NCBI GenBank assembly: GCA_963676395.1
Contig: OY781066.1
Span: 2,176,001-2,240,000 of the forward strand
DNA length: 64,000 bases
Origin: a bacterium
GTDB lineage: Bacteria; Fidelibacterota; Fidelibacteria; Fidelibacterales; Fidelibacteraceae
Reading direction: 5' to 3'
Of the stretch, positions 31,487-41,726 are shown piece by piece (the stretch's first letter is position 1; each line of letters begins with the position of its first letter). The notes under the pieces are model-generated. The model was given only the letters and a program-made list of their open reading frames with translations. It did not search any database and had not been told where the DNA came from. A program made the translations under genes and the position numbers.

Positions 31487-31515
31487 TTGCACCCACCCGA
31501 TAAATATCATATATT
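31487..31515 (+). promoter_or_regulatory. Promoter of tRNA-Pro
   Basis: TTGCAC-N17-TATATT ending 12 nt before the tRNA. Confidence 0.6.
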
Positions 31516-31527
31516 TTCCTGCTTTTT

Positions 31528-31601
31528 CGGAGCGTGGCGCAGCCCGGTAGCGCACTTGAATGGGGTTCAAGGGGCCGCAGGTTCAAATCCTGTCGCTCCG
31601 A
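31528..31601 (+). tRNA. tRNA-Pro (anticodon GGG)
   Basis: CGGAGCG...CGCTCCG-A acceptor stem; anticodon arm cttga-atGGGgt-tcaag; GGTTCAAATCC T-arm. Confidence 0.95.
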
Positions 31602-31607
31602 CAGCAG

Positions 31608-31642
31608 AAACAGGAGAAACACAAATCTCCTGTTTTATTTTT
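31608..31642 (+). terminator. Terminator after tRNA-Pro
   Basis: aaacaggaga-N8-tctcctgttt followed by a T-rich tail. Confidence 0.75.
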
Positions 31643-31691
31643 CCCCGTATTTTTTTATATTTTTTCATCAAATCAAATAAGGAATGTTTCC

Positions 31692-34600
31692 ATGAGTACT
31701 TCAACAAGAACATTTACGGGAATCAGCTTGAAGCTGATATGTTTTGTTTTACCGTTAATGATGCTAATACCTTTGATGGCTGAATCTTCATTGCAAGGAC
31801 TGGTGATACTAGCCAGTGACTGGGGATACGAAGAGACGATTGAGGGAAAGAGTTCAAGAATTGCTTCTATTATAAATAAGGCAAAAAAACAGAACTATAA
31901 TGCAATATTTTTTGAAGTAAGAGAAGCGGGGGAGAACATGTATCCGCATCCCGATTCTGTTTGGTCTACCTTATTTAATGAACAGGATCCCGGCTTTGAT
32001 CCTTTACAAGTAGCTTTGGATCTGGCAAATGAGGCTGATTTGCAATTTTACGCTAAATTTGATGTTCTAAAAGCATATTCAAAGGTAAATAAACCTCAAT
32101 CTGCTGATCACATTTTCAGTATGAATCCTGAATGGTTTTTAAAAGATGATAAAGGTGAGTATCTGGAATATGATGCCGCCTATTATTTAGATCCGATGAA
32201 TCCGGAAGTACTGACGTATCTTAAATCTGAGATCTCATATCTTGTTAGAAACTATTCATTGGATGGTGTGTCCTTTTCATCTTTAACGTATCCCGGAGTT
32301 AAAGTACTGGATAGATCAGAGTTTAAAGAACGCTTTAATACTGTAAAAGACTTTATTCAAATGGACGAAAGTCAATTTGCGCGTGAAGGATTGACTTCTT
32401 GCCTTGAGGCGTTAAGCACTGAAATTAAAATGCTTAAGCCTTATCTGTTTTTATCTGCAGAAGTTCATCCACTAAAATCTTATGATAAAAGCAAGAAAAA
32501 GGAATTCCCCGCGGATAGTTATTATTTGCAAGAGGGTAAAACCTGGTTAGATATGGCATTGGTTGATGCGATCATACCTCTTATTCATCAGCGAAGCAAG
32601 AATGCTAATTTTTATTTTAATTATTACACACAGTTAGATGAAGAAGAAAATATTAATGATAATGTTGTATTACCTTCTTTGAGAGGGGATATAGAAGTTT
32701 ATCGTGATGCCGATGTGAAAAAAACGGTCGAATATCTTAAAAAGAAAAATGCAAAAGGCATGGTTATTTATTCTGCTTCCGATGCATTAAAAGGTAGGCA
32801 GATTTTCGAAACTCCTGCGGATCTTCCATATATGGCAAGAACTCATACCTTTGCCTCTGCAATTCAATTGGACATGAGTGGTCAAGATCTACCCGGAGGT
32901 ATTGTAAAAAGCGAAGATGATAATCGATGTCATTTTGCTGATAAACAGGGACTTGTAGAAATTATAGTGAAAGAAAAACCTCGGACATTGAAATTGCAAA
33001 GTATGAAGCTTAAAATGCGCTTTAATACTCGCTCATGGGTAAAACCCTATCGATATGATCTGATGTCAAACAAAAGAGTTCAAAGACCGGAAAAGTTCAT
33101 TGAACTTCGTCGGGCTCCCGCTTTTATCAATACGGATTCGAGTTATGCTTTCTTGTTTAAGGCAAGTGAAGGAGTAACGTCCATCAATAATGAGGTGATT
33201 ATTCCATATTCCAATACCCGGATCTTTTGGAAAGATATAGCTATGAAACCTTTCGGTTACAGTACAAAAGTCCGTGGTACGCTTGTTAGCGATAATGAGA
33301 CCTTATTCTACGAAGATATATTTATGGGAAATTTTCCGGATACCACAACCAAACATCCCGTTGTATTAACTTCTGTCTCGCCCATGGACACAGTGCTTTT
33401 ACCTCCCGATGATCATTTAAGGATATCGTTTAATTCTATGATGCCGGATGAATTGGATACGGTTCTCCTGTATGCCAATGGAATCATCTATCCGTGTGAA
33501 TTTAACGGTAAAAAATATATAGCAGAAATTCCATGTGCACCGTTTGAAGTTAATTCTAAGGTTTTCTTACAAGTGGCAGCAAGGGATATATATGGAAACG
33601 ATTATGCTTATAATCTCCCTACGGCAATTAAGATCACCGCAAGAGAAGATTTCCCTGTCCTTGAAAGTATTGCGGATTTTTCTCAAGTTTCTTATTCATT
33701 GGGTGAGGTTAGATTGGGCGGTCCTTACATGAGTGAGTTCCCACCGGGTGTTCGTTTCCGTTGTGATGGTAAATTTGGTTCGACTTACAGACTAAAGCTT
33801 TCTAACAGTGAATACGGTTATATACCCGAAAATGAGGTGAAAGAATTACCGGTAGGTACACCTATACCACATTTTAATCTATATAACTTGCATGTAAAAC
33901 CGGATAGTATGAAGGATGTCCTGACGATTCCTTGGCTAGAACCTGTACCATACGCAATCCTTCCACAACCTGAACTTAACAGGTTGAGAATTAGATTGTT
34001 TGGTGTACAGTCTAATTCAACTTGGTTAACTCATGTAAAAGGTCTTGAGGTGATTGATCATGTAACTTGGGAACAGGTCAATTCAGAAACCTATGATATT
34101 TACGTTTACTTACAGGACAATGATATTTGGGGGTATGATCTTAAGCAAGGCGAACGTTATTTGAGTTTATCCGTTAAATATCCTCCGCTTAAAAAAACGC
34201 TATCTATCGCGGTTGAAGCCGGTCATGGTGGACCTTGGAATTGGGGCGCTGTTGGTTTGTCCGGATTAAAAGAGAAAGATATAAATCTTGATACGGCGGA
34301 AAAACTGGTTGAACTTTTGCGTAGTATGGGATATGAAGTTACTCAGATACGCGAAGGTGATGAAGACATCGGTCTAAGAGACAGATGGTTGCAGGTAGAA
34401 GAACTTGATCCGGATCTATTTGTGTCTATTCATGCCAATGCTGCGGGTGGACATTATTTAAGAGTTGCCGGTACCAGTACTTACTATCATAATCCTTTCT
34501 GGCGTTCTATCACTGAACAGGCCTATGATAAGCTACTTGAGATAGATCTTGAGGAATTTGGGGTAGTGGGATCATTTAATTATATGATGTGTCGTATGAG

Positions 34601-34748
34601 CAATAGACCGGCATTTTTGGTTGAGCAAGCGTTTATGAGCCATGCCGAAGATGAAAACAAATTGGCTGATCCCGAATTTAGATATCAGATAGCCGAACGT
34701 GTTGCGGTAGCTATTGATGAATATCTAAACGAGAAATTAGCAAGATAA
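31692..34748 (+). CDS. Secreted fusion: GHL10 (DUF187/DigH-like) domain plus C-terminal N-acetylmuramoyl-L-alanine amidase
   Basis: NAIFFEVR...GFDPL...YLDP.NPEV...LDGV (GHL10-like); IAVEAGHGG..EKDIN..SIHANA..VE (Amidase_3). The ORF-track start overlaps the tRNA, so ATG 31692 was used. Confidence 0.8.
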   Translation: MSTSTRTFTGISLKLICFVLPLMMLIPLMAESSLQGLVILASDWGYEETIEGKSSRIASIINKAKKQNYNAIFFEVREAGENMYPHPDSVWSTLFNEQDPGFDPLQVALDLANEADLQFYAKFDVLKAYSKVNKPQSADHIFSMNPEWFLKDDKGEYLEYDAAYYLDPMNPEVLTYLKSEISYLVRNYSLDGVSFSSLTYPGVKVLDRSEFKERFNTVKDFIQMDESQFAREGLTSCLEALSTEIKMLKPYLFLSAEVHPLKSYDKSKKKEFPADSYYLQEGKTWLDMALVDAIIPLIHQRSKNANFYFNYYTQLDEEENINDNVVLPSLRGDIEVYRDADVKKTVEYLKKKNAKGMVIYSASDALKGRQIFETPADLPYMARTHTFASAIQLDMSGQDLPGGIVKSEDDNRCHFADKQGLVEIIVKEKPRTLKLQSMKLKMRFNTRSWVKPYRYDLMSNKRVQRPEKFIELRRAPAFINTDSSYAFLFKASEGVTSINNEVIIPYSNTRIFWKDIAMKPFGYSTKVRGTLVSDNETLFYEDIFMGNFPDTTTKHPVVLTSVSPMDTVLLPPDDHLRISFNSMMPDELDTVLLYANGIIYPCEFNGKKYIAEIPCAPFEVNSKVFLQVAARDIYGNDYAYNLPTAIKITAREDFPVLESIADFSQVSYSLGEVRLGGPYMSEFPPGVRFRCDGKFGSTYRLKLSNSEYGYIPENEVKELPVGTPIPHFNLYNLHVKPDSMKDVLTIPWLEPVPYAILPQPELNRLRIRLFGVQSNSTWLTHVKGLEVIDHVTWEQVNSETYDIYVYLQDNDIWGYDLKQGERYLSLSVKYPPLKKTLSIAVEAGHGGPWNWGAVGLSGLKEKDINLDTAEKLVELLRSMGYEVTQIREGDEDIGLRDRWLQVEELDPDLFVSIHANAAGGHYLRVAGTSTYYHNPFWRSITEQAYDKLLEIDLEEFGVVGSFNYMMCRMSNRPAFLVEQAFMSHAEDENKLADPEFRYQIAERVAVAIDEYLNEKLAR

Positions 34749-34853
34749 AATATATAGGGGCACAGAATTTGATGCCTCTACGTTGATATTATTTATTATA
34801 TAGCATTACGCTTAGATGTGATGCGAATGGTTATTGTCACTCTATGGCTTGTT

Positions 34854-37142
34854 CTATCTCAGTAACAAGCCTTTTTCTTTCTCACTCAATTGCTTATCTT
34901 TTTTAATTGCTTTCATTAATGTCTCTCTCTCTTTTTGCATGCCGGAATTTTTATAGAGAAGTGAAAGTAAATAATATGAGTTGAAGTCTTGGGTGTCTAT
35001 TTCCTCCAGAACTTTAATCGCCATATTACTTTGACCTTGTTCGCTCAGGTAGTAAGCGTAGGTGTAAGCGTACTTTAGTGATGGAGTAAATTCGTAAGCT
35101 GCTTTAGCGTATTTAAGTGTGCTATCCGTATTGATTGTATTATAGAGGATAGCCAGATTATATGCAGCTATGGGTGATGAACTTAACTTCATTGCTATGT
35201 GTAAATTTTCAATAGCTTCTTCGGTATAAGCTAATTCTGCATAGAGTAGGCCAAGATTTTGGTAGGGAGCCGCCTCAATGGGTTTTTGCTTGATCGCTTC
35301 TTGTAAAAAGTATAATGATGAGTCAATTTGACCTCGCTCATAATAGATCATACCTAGGTTATTTGAAGCCTGACTCAATTCGGGCCTTAATCGTAAAGCA
35401 TTTTTATATGCATGGATTGCCGCCTTGGGTTTGCTTTGCATTTCGTGAAATTGCCCAAGATTAAAATGAGAGCTTTCTTCGGCAGGGTATGCCGTTAAAC
35501 TCTTTTTATATTCATCAAGCGCTTTTATAAAGGATAAGCGATATTGCTCAGGAATATCTTCTGTTTTTAGATCTGATATTTCTGCTACTGCGCGAATTCT
35601 TACTAATCTTACGCTATCCTGTGTCGCTTTAATTAAGGCCTCGTCTATAGCATTGTCTCTATATTTTCCTAAGCCACTTGCTGCTGATGAGCGAATAAGG
35701 GGAGAGTTGTGTTGCAAGAAATGGTAAAGTAAAGTAGAGATGCTTTCACTGTATACATTATCCAAAGCCCGGATCATCGATGCCAAACTGAAATCATCCA
35801 TGGGTTTAAGCATGTAGGGCAGGATTTCGTCAAGTTTCGTATCGATCCCGCAACGCAGTTGATCCAGATAATTTGCATATTCAATACTTGCATCTTGCCA
35901 TTCGCTCGAAAAATGCTCTCTAATGAACGAATCCGCCCATTCGGGACTCTTAGACGTATGGCAGTCATTACAGGCGTTAGGAGAGTCGTATGAGGCTGTG
36001 AGCATCGGTACGGGTGGTCTCATGCTGTGATCTGAGCGATCCATGCGAGCAAAAGTGGTTTTTGGCATGTGGCAGGCAATACACTTGTTTCCGAGAGACC
36101 CTTCCGGGTGCTGTGTGTGTTCACTCGCGTTTGCAACGCGATCAGCATGGCAAGGCAGGCAGGAAGTATTTGGATTATTTTTTTGTCTGAATCTTCCACT
36201 GGAGGTATGGCAATGCAAACAATCCATGCGTTCGTCATCGCGACATGGTGACATAAGCCAGGTGCCAAATGTATAATTTTCACCAAGATCGCGTGCATCG
36301 GGATAGTAATCGCCATTCTCAGCACAAATAAGATCAAAATGTTGAAAATAATCTTCCCCCGGAATATATCGATCTGTAATCCGAATCGATTTTGCGTGAC
36401 AGTACAAGCAGGATGCATCCACAATATCGCGATCGTATCCGCGTGATCGCGTGAATGTTTGCAAGTAAGTGGAGTCGGGGATAGTCTTGGTCTTTGCGGC
36501 TTTTAAGAATTCAGTATTATGCCTTTCTGCCGGACCGTGGCAGGTTTCACAATTGATCCCGGGTTCTAACCACGTGGTATTGTAAGAATCGTTTGCCAGA
36601 TTATATTCATTGTTAATTTGACTTACGTGACAGTCGTAACATGCTGTATTAAAGGTATATCTGCGATCCTTCCAATGTAGTGATGTGTCAAAATGATGCT
36701 GATGGACCCTCATACTTGACCCGGTAATATCAAACCATTCCTTTGCTTTTATATCGTATCCCAGTGGCAGGGTTTGCCATTTTCCTTTGTCTAGAGGTGT
36801 TAAAAAATAGTAGACGTATTTGCCTCCAAGTACAAGTTCCAAAGGGTAATTATTTCCGGATGATCTTTCGTTCATAAATGCTTGCATACGATCTATCGTA
36901 ATGGAATAGTATTCACCGGCGATCTTAAATGTATCCGGACAGGTTTGAATATTTTTAGTCAGAAAATCTTTGTCGACCTCCATCATGGCTCGTCCATGAA
37001 ATGAACTTTCCCATAATTGATAGAAGTGTTCATGGCATTCACGGCAAGAACGAGATCCCATATAGGCATTTTCATCCTTTTTTGTGCAAGAAATCAAAAG
37101 CGCAAGGCAAATAAAACAGATTTTCAGGAAGTGTTTATTCAT
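34854..37142 (-). CDS. Multiheme c-type cytochrome lipoprotein with HEAT/TPR C-terminus
   Basis: Lipobox LISC; eight CxxCH motifs (CRECH, CYDCH, CETCH, CLYCH, CLHCH, CLPCH, CIACH, CNDCH); TPR helices. Confidence 0.85.
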   Translation of the reverse strand: MNKHFLKICFICLALLISCTKKDENAYMGSRSCRECHEHFYQLWESSFHGRAMMEVDKDFLTKNIQTCPDTFKIAGEYYSITIDRMQAFMNERSSGNNYPLELVLGGKYVYYFLTPLDKGKWQTLPLGYDIKAKEWFDITGSSMRVHQHHFDTSLHWKDRRYTFNTACYDCHVSQINNEYNLANDSYNTTWLEPGINCETCHGPAERHNTEFLKAAKTKTIPDSTYLQTFTRSRGYDRDIVDASCLYCHAKSIRITDRYIPGEDYFQHFDLICAENGDYYPDARDLGENYTFGTWLMSPCRDDERMDCLHCHTSSGRFRQKNNPNTSCLPCHADRVANASEHTQHPEGSLGNKCIACHMPKTTFARMDRSDHSMRPPVPMLTASYDSPNACNDCHTSKSPEWADSFIREHFSSEWQDASIEYANYLDQLRCGIDTKLDEILPYMLKPMDDFSLASMIRALDNVYSESISTLLYHFLQHNSPLIRSSAASGLGKYRDNAIDEALIKATQDSVRLVRIRAVAEISDLKTEDIPEQYRLSFIKALDEYKKSLTAYPAEESSHFNLGQFHEMQSKPKAAIHAYKNALRLRPELSQASNNLGMIYYERGQIDSSLYFLQEAIKQKPIEAAPYQNLGLLYAELAYTEEAIENLHIAMKLSSSPIAAYNLAILYNTINTDSTLKYAKAAYEFTPSLKYAYTYAYYLSEQGQSNMAIKVLEEIDTQDFNSYYLLSLLYKNSGMQKERETLMKAIKKDKQLSEKEKGLLLR

Positions 37143-37334
37143 TGTGAAGCAATATAAATGCTTTATGGCATAAAATCAACAAGCATAGGGTAACAATTGA
37201 GAATTGATAACTGACAATATTTTGAGAAAATCACAAATTATCATTCACATATATTGATTAATTTTAATTGTAGCTAAAATAATAGCGGGGCTCAAGAATA
37301 TTAGCATTATTAAAATAATGTTAATAGCATGACA

Positions 37335-37733
37335 TCATAAATTTCCCAATGAAAGATCTCCAACGATCTTTAGCATATTTCCATCTTTTTCAACCTTAAG
37401 GTCTTTTCCGGGAAATGCTTTTGGGAGCCTTAGGTTAAGCTCCTTAACTGCCACATTTTCAATTTCTTCTATGATATGAGTTGGGACATTATCAAGGGTC
37501 TTAAGATCAATATCGACAATATAACCACGTCCTTTTTTGGAACCAAGTCCCAGGGTGAAATCACCTCGAATATCAAAGAGTCCATCATGTGAGCGGTTGA
37601 GTGTTGAACCATGTTTTCTTCGTGCAGGATGAAGTTCGTATTTATCGCCATATTCCTTTTCAAGCAGGATATCAATTTCATCTAAAACGGATTTAAGTTT
37701 CTTTTCCCAGGCGATTAGATTCGGATGTCTCAT
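37335..37733 (-). CDS. Hypothetical protein
   Basis: 132-aa ORF abutting the DUF1015 stop; no family recognised. Confidence 0.7.
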   Translation of the reverse strand: MRHPNLIAWEKKLKSVLDEIDILLEKEYGDKYELHPARRKHGSTLNRSHDGLFDIRGDFTLGLGSKKGRGYIVDIDLKTLDNVPTHIIEEIENVAVKELNLRLPKAFPGKDLKVEKDGNMLKIVGDLSLGNL

Positions 37734-38981
37734 TTAGTCTTCCAGCGAGTGGACAAAAAGTCCTGACCTCAGTTTCGGTTCAAACCATGTTGTTTTAGGA
37801 GGCATTAGGGCATTGGAGTCTGCAACTTTCATCAATTGGTCAATACTGATGGGATGCATAGCAAAGGCCAGAGCCATTTCACCGGAGTCAACGCGTTTTT
37901 CAAGTTCTTCGAGACCGCGATTACCACCGACAAAATCAATGCGTTTGTCTTTACGAAGATTTTCAATACCAAGAATGGGAGAAAGTACCAGTCGAGTCAA
38001 TAATGCCGAATCCATGCTTTCTACCGGATCGTCTAAGTTGAAATTCTCCGTTTTCAACGCTAATTTATACCAATTTCCATCAAGATACATAGCGAAATTA
38101 TGTTCTTTTCTTGGTTTGGCTGAATCTTTGCAACAGGTTTTTAGAACATTAAAATCTTTATTTAACAATTCCAGCAGTTCTTCTTTTTTTAATCCGTTAA
38201 GATCTTTTACTATACGGTTATAATCAATGATCTTTAACTGTTTTGCGGGGAAGAATACGGCCATAAACCAATTGTATTCTTCATTACCCGTATGATTTGG
38301 GTTTGCATCTCGACGCATTTTACCTACCATGGCTGATGCTTTGGAGCGATGATGACCGTCGGCAACATAAACTTGTTCGATTTGTTCGAATTTGGTTTTT
38401 AACTCATTTATAATGTTTGGGTCATTTAGCAACCAAAGTTTGTGTTCAACGCCATCTTGGCTTGTAAAATTATATTCAGGTTCAACCTGTGTCTGATCTT
38501 CGATCAGGAGATCAATACTGCGATCATCCGGATAGGTGAAAAATACGGGCCCCGTATGAGCATTAACAATATCAATATGATTAATTCTGTCTTTTTCCTT
38601 ATCTTCACGCGTCAGTTCATGGATCTTAATTTTTCCTTCCAGGTAGTCATCGATGTGTTCAACAGCAATTAAGCCGGTCTGAGCACGACCATCCAAAATT
38701 TGTCTGTAGATATACATGACATTACTTTGATCTTGAACCATATGTTTTTTTCGGAATTTTTTTAGATTGTCTGCAGCTTTTACATATACTTTATGATCAT
38801 ATAGGTTTGTTTTTTGGGGAAGATCTACCTCAGATTTTACAACATGTAAAAAAGAATAGGGTTCTACCTTAACAAGAATACGGGCTTCGTCCGAATTGAT
38901 AACATCGTAGGGTGGTGAAGCAATATGTGACGCTAATTCTTTTTTTGGACGAATACCTTTAAAACCTTTTATCCTGACCAT
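37734..38981 (-). CDS. DUF1015 family protein
   Basis: SPPYDVI, KIHELT, ADGHHR, MPPKTTWFEPKLRSG; beside serA. Start ATG 38981 after GGAGG. Confidence 0.9.
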   Translation of the reverse strand: MVRIKGFKGIRPKKELASHIASPPYDVINSDEARILVKVEPYSFLHVVKSEVDLPQKTNLYDHKVYVKAADNLKKFRKKHMVQDQSNVMYIYRQILDGRAQTGLIAVEHIDDYLEGKIKIHELTREDKEKDRINHIDIVNAHTGPVFFTYPDDRSIDLLIEDQTQVEPEYNFTSQDGVEHKLWLLNDPNIINELKTKFEQIEQVYVADGHHRSKASAMVGKMRRDANPNHTGNEEYNWFMAVFFPAKQLKIIDYNRIVKDLNGLKKEELLELLNKDFNVLKTCCKDSAKPRKEHNFAMYLDGNWYKLALKTENFNLDDPVESMDSALLTRLVLSPILGIENLRKDKRIDFVGGNRGLEELEKRVDSGEMALAFAMHPISIDQLMKVADSNALMPPKTTWFEPKLRSGLFVHSLED

Positions 38982-39356
38982 GCAGACCTCCATTATGAAT
39001 AATTAAAGCTAAAATTAATTCAAATAGCCGATATAATCAATAATAAACGAATGAAATACAGTGGATTATGAAGAATTACGAGTATTAGATAAAAATATAT
39101 ATTAAGGCAAGAAAAGTGTATTGTAGGGAGAAATTACCGGGTAAAAATTTGATAAAAATTGTGTTTAAACGATGAATTGTAAAATAGGATAACTCAATTA
39201 TCCTGCCGATCAAGTCTGGGAGTTGGCTTTAAAAAAAATAAGTGAGGGTAAACACAGGGCGAAATGTTTTTGCTTTTACCACGGTTTTGCTTAACAAAGC
39301 AAGCTTAAGAAGGCATGGTAATTCATGAAGTAATAATTTATCAACAATAGCAATAT

Positions 39357-39386
39357 AAAAAGAAAACCCCAACCAAGGGTTGGGGT
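39357..39386 (-). terminator. Terminator downstream of serA
   Basis: accccaacc-aag-ggttggggt with an A-rich left flank. Confidence 0.7.
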
Positions 39387-39431
39387 ATATAATATCAATT
39401 AAGCCATTTGTCTTCGTTGTTCTGGCTTCTA

Positions 39432-40322
39432 TTAACCTTTAAGAGCAGCTACGATCTTTTCAGCGATCTCTGTACCAACACGTTCCTGAGCTTCTGCAGT
39501 TGATGCGCCTACGTGAGGTGTTACAGATACATTGGGGTGTGAGGTCAGTTCAAAGTTTTTCGTAGGTTCTTCGGCATATACATCAATACCGGCACCGGCA
39601 ACTTTACCGCTGTTAAGCGCTTCAAGAAGAGCGGCTTCGTCAACCACACCACCACGTGCACAGTTAATAAGGTAAACACCGTCTTTCATTTTGGCTAATT
39701 CTGCAGCACCAATAACAGGTTCAGCCTGTTTCGGGACATGGAGAGAAATAAAATCAGCTTTTGCAAGAACATCGTCCAAAGAGACCATGTCTATACCAGC
39801 TGCTTCTTTTACAAAAGGATCGTAACCGATGACTTTCATGCCTATAGCATTGGCTATACCGGCTGTTAATTGACCGATCTTGCCACAACCGACAAGACCA
39901 AGGGTTTTACCATTTAGCTCAATACCTTTGTACTGTTTTTTATTCCATTCTTGATTACGCATGCTAACATTTGATTTATTGAGAAAACGAGCCAAAGTGA
40001 ACATATGTGCAATTGCAAGTTCGGCAACAGAATAGGAATTGGCAGCAGGAGTATTAAGAGTAGGGATACCCTTAGTTTTTGCATACTGATGATCAATATT
40101 GTCAATGCCTGCACCGCCACGAGCGATACATACCAGTTTTTCACCGGCATCAATGACTTCTTTGGGAACTTTAGTCGCAGATCGGACCAAAATGCATTCA
40201 AAATCTTTGATTTTTTCTACCAGTTCTTCCGGGGAATAATGCTCGTTCACACATTCAATACCGGCGCTTTCGAGGATCTCCTGGCCTTTTTTACTTAGAC
40301 CGTCAGAAATCAATACTTTCAT
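39432..40322 (-). CDS. serA: D-3-phosphoglycerate dehydrogenase (short form, no ACT domain)
   Basis: VRSATKV, GIDNID, GCGKIG, NCARGG, TPHVGASTAEAQERV. Confidence 0.85.
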   Translation of the reverse strand: MKVLISDGLSKKGQEILESAGIECVNEHYSPEELVEKIKDFECILVRSATKVPKEVIDAGEKLVCIARGGAGIDNIDHQYAKTKGIPTLNTPAANSYSVAELAIAHMFTLARFLNKSNVSMRNQEWNKKQYKGIELNGKTLGLVGCGKIGQLTAGIANAIGMKVIGYDPFVKEAAGIDMVSLDDVLAKADFISLHVPKQAEPVIGAAELAKMKDGVYLINCARGGVVDEAALLEALNSGKVAGAGIDVYAEEPTKNFELTSHPNVSVTPHVGASTAEAQERVGTEIAEKIVAALKG

Positions 40323-40505
40323 CCTATTCTCCTTTAAAAATTAAGAGTTGAGGGTTAAAACCCTAATTATTGTCATTTATTATTACAATTTAAATATAAA
40401 TAATCAAAAAACCACTTTTTAAATTTAATAAAAAATTATTAGATTAGGGTGCTTTTTTTACAGATGTGGGAAATAATTGATCTAAAGTGAGTCACAGGAG
40501 GAAAC

Positions 40506-41726
40506 GTGGTACAAAAAGAGATATTGTTATTAACGATTAATGGGGAAGACAAGCCGGGATTAACCAGCAGCATTACAGAGGTTTTGTCTGAATACAATGC
40601 GAATATCTTGGACATTGGTCAGGCAGTTATCCATAATTCCCTGAGTTTGGGCATTCTTGTTGAAGTGGATAGTCAAAATACGTCCAATATTCTCAAGGAT
40701 GTTCTGTATAAATCTTACGATCTGGATATTAAGGTGCGTTTTTCGCCTATTAGCGACGAGCAGTACTCCGAGTGGGTTAACAAACAAGCGAAGGGTCGTT
40801 ATATTATTACTATGTTCTCACGTAAGATCGCAGCAGAACATATTTCAAAGATCACTCATATTATTTATAAACAGGGCTTGAATATTGATCTCATTAACCG
40901 TCTTACCGGTCGTATGCCCATTAATGGTGATAAAAAACCAAGTAAAGCTTGCGTTGAATTTTCTGTACGCGGTAAACCGAAAAACGAAAAGAAGATGAAA
41001 GATGAGTTTTTCGAATTAGCTAACAACTCCGAAGTTGATATAGCTTTTCAGCGAGATGATGTGTACCGAAAAAACCGGAGGTTGGTTTGCTTCGATATGG
41101 ACTCAACCCTGATCCAGGCGGAATGTATTGTAGAACTTGCCAAGAAGCATGGTGTGGGTGACAAAGTGCATGAAATCACCGAAGCAGCTATGCGAGGTGA
41201 ATTGGATTTTAACCAGAGTTTTAAGAAACGTGTTGGTTTGTTAAAAGGTTTAGATGAATCCGTGATGCGAGAGATCGCTGAAAATCTTCCAATAACCGAA
41301 GGTGCTGAGCGATTGATCTCGACTTTAAAAGATCTTGGTTATAAGGTTGCGGTTCTTTCGGGTGGATTTATGTATTTTGGAAATTACCTGCAGAAAAAAC
41401 TGGGTATCGACTATGTATATGCCAATGATCTTGAAATTGGCGAAGACGGGAAATTGACCGGAAAACACCTGGGCGAGATCGTTAATGGTGAAAAGAAAGC
41501 CCAACTCATGAAACTTTTGGCTCAAGTGGAAGGCATTAAAATGGAACAGGTGATCGCCGTTGGTGACGGTGCCAATGATCTTCCTATGATCAATGCTGCC
41601 GGTTTGGGTGTGGCTTTTCATGCAAAACCTCTGGTAAAGGAAAGTGCTTCGCACTCTATTTCGACCATTGGTTTGGATGGGATATTGTATTTGCTGGGAT
41701 ATAGGGATAGACACCTGAAAAAGTGA
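40506..41726 (+). CDS. serB: Phosphoserine phosphatase with ACT domains
   Basis: Two ACT domains, FDMDSTLI, SGGF, GDGANDL. Confidence 0.95.
   Translation: MVQKEILLLTINGEDKPGLTSSITEVLSEYNANILDIGQAVIHNSLSLGILVEVDSQNTSNILKDVLYKSYDLDIKVRFSPISDEQYSEWVNKQAKGRYIITMFSRKIAAEHISKITHIIYKQGLNIDLINRLTGRMPINGDKKPSKACVEFSVRGKPKNEKKMKDEFFELANNSEVDIAFQRDDVYRKNRRLVCFDMDSTLIQAECIVELAKKHGVGDKVHEITEAAMRGELDFNQSFKKRVGLLKGLDESVMREIAENLPITEGAERLISTLKDLGYKVAVLSGGFMYFGNYLQKKLGIDYVYANDLEIGEDGKLTGKHLGEIVNGEKKAQLMKLLAQVEGIKMEQVIAVGDGANDLPMINAAGLGVAFHAKPLVKESASHSISTIGLDGILYLLGYRDRHLKK

Noticed and set aside
18159..31601. Prophage or island integrated at tRNA-Arg or tRNA-Pro
   Set aside because: No integrase or duplicated tRNA 3' end was noticed; flanking genes are housekeeping.
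31451..31783. 110-aa ORF and the 5' extension of ORF 31560
   Set aside because: Both overlap tRNA-Pro and its terminator.
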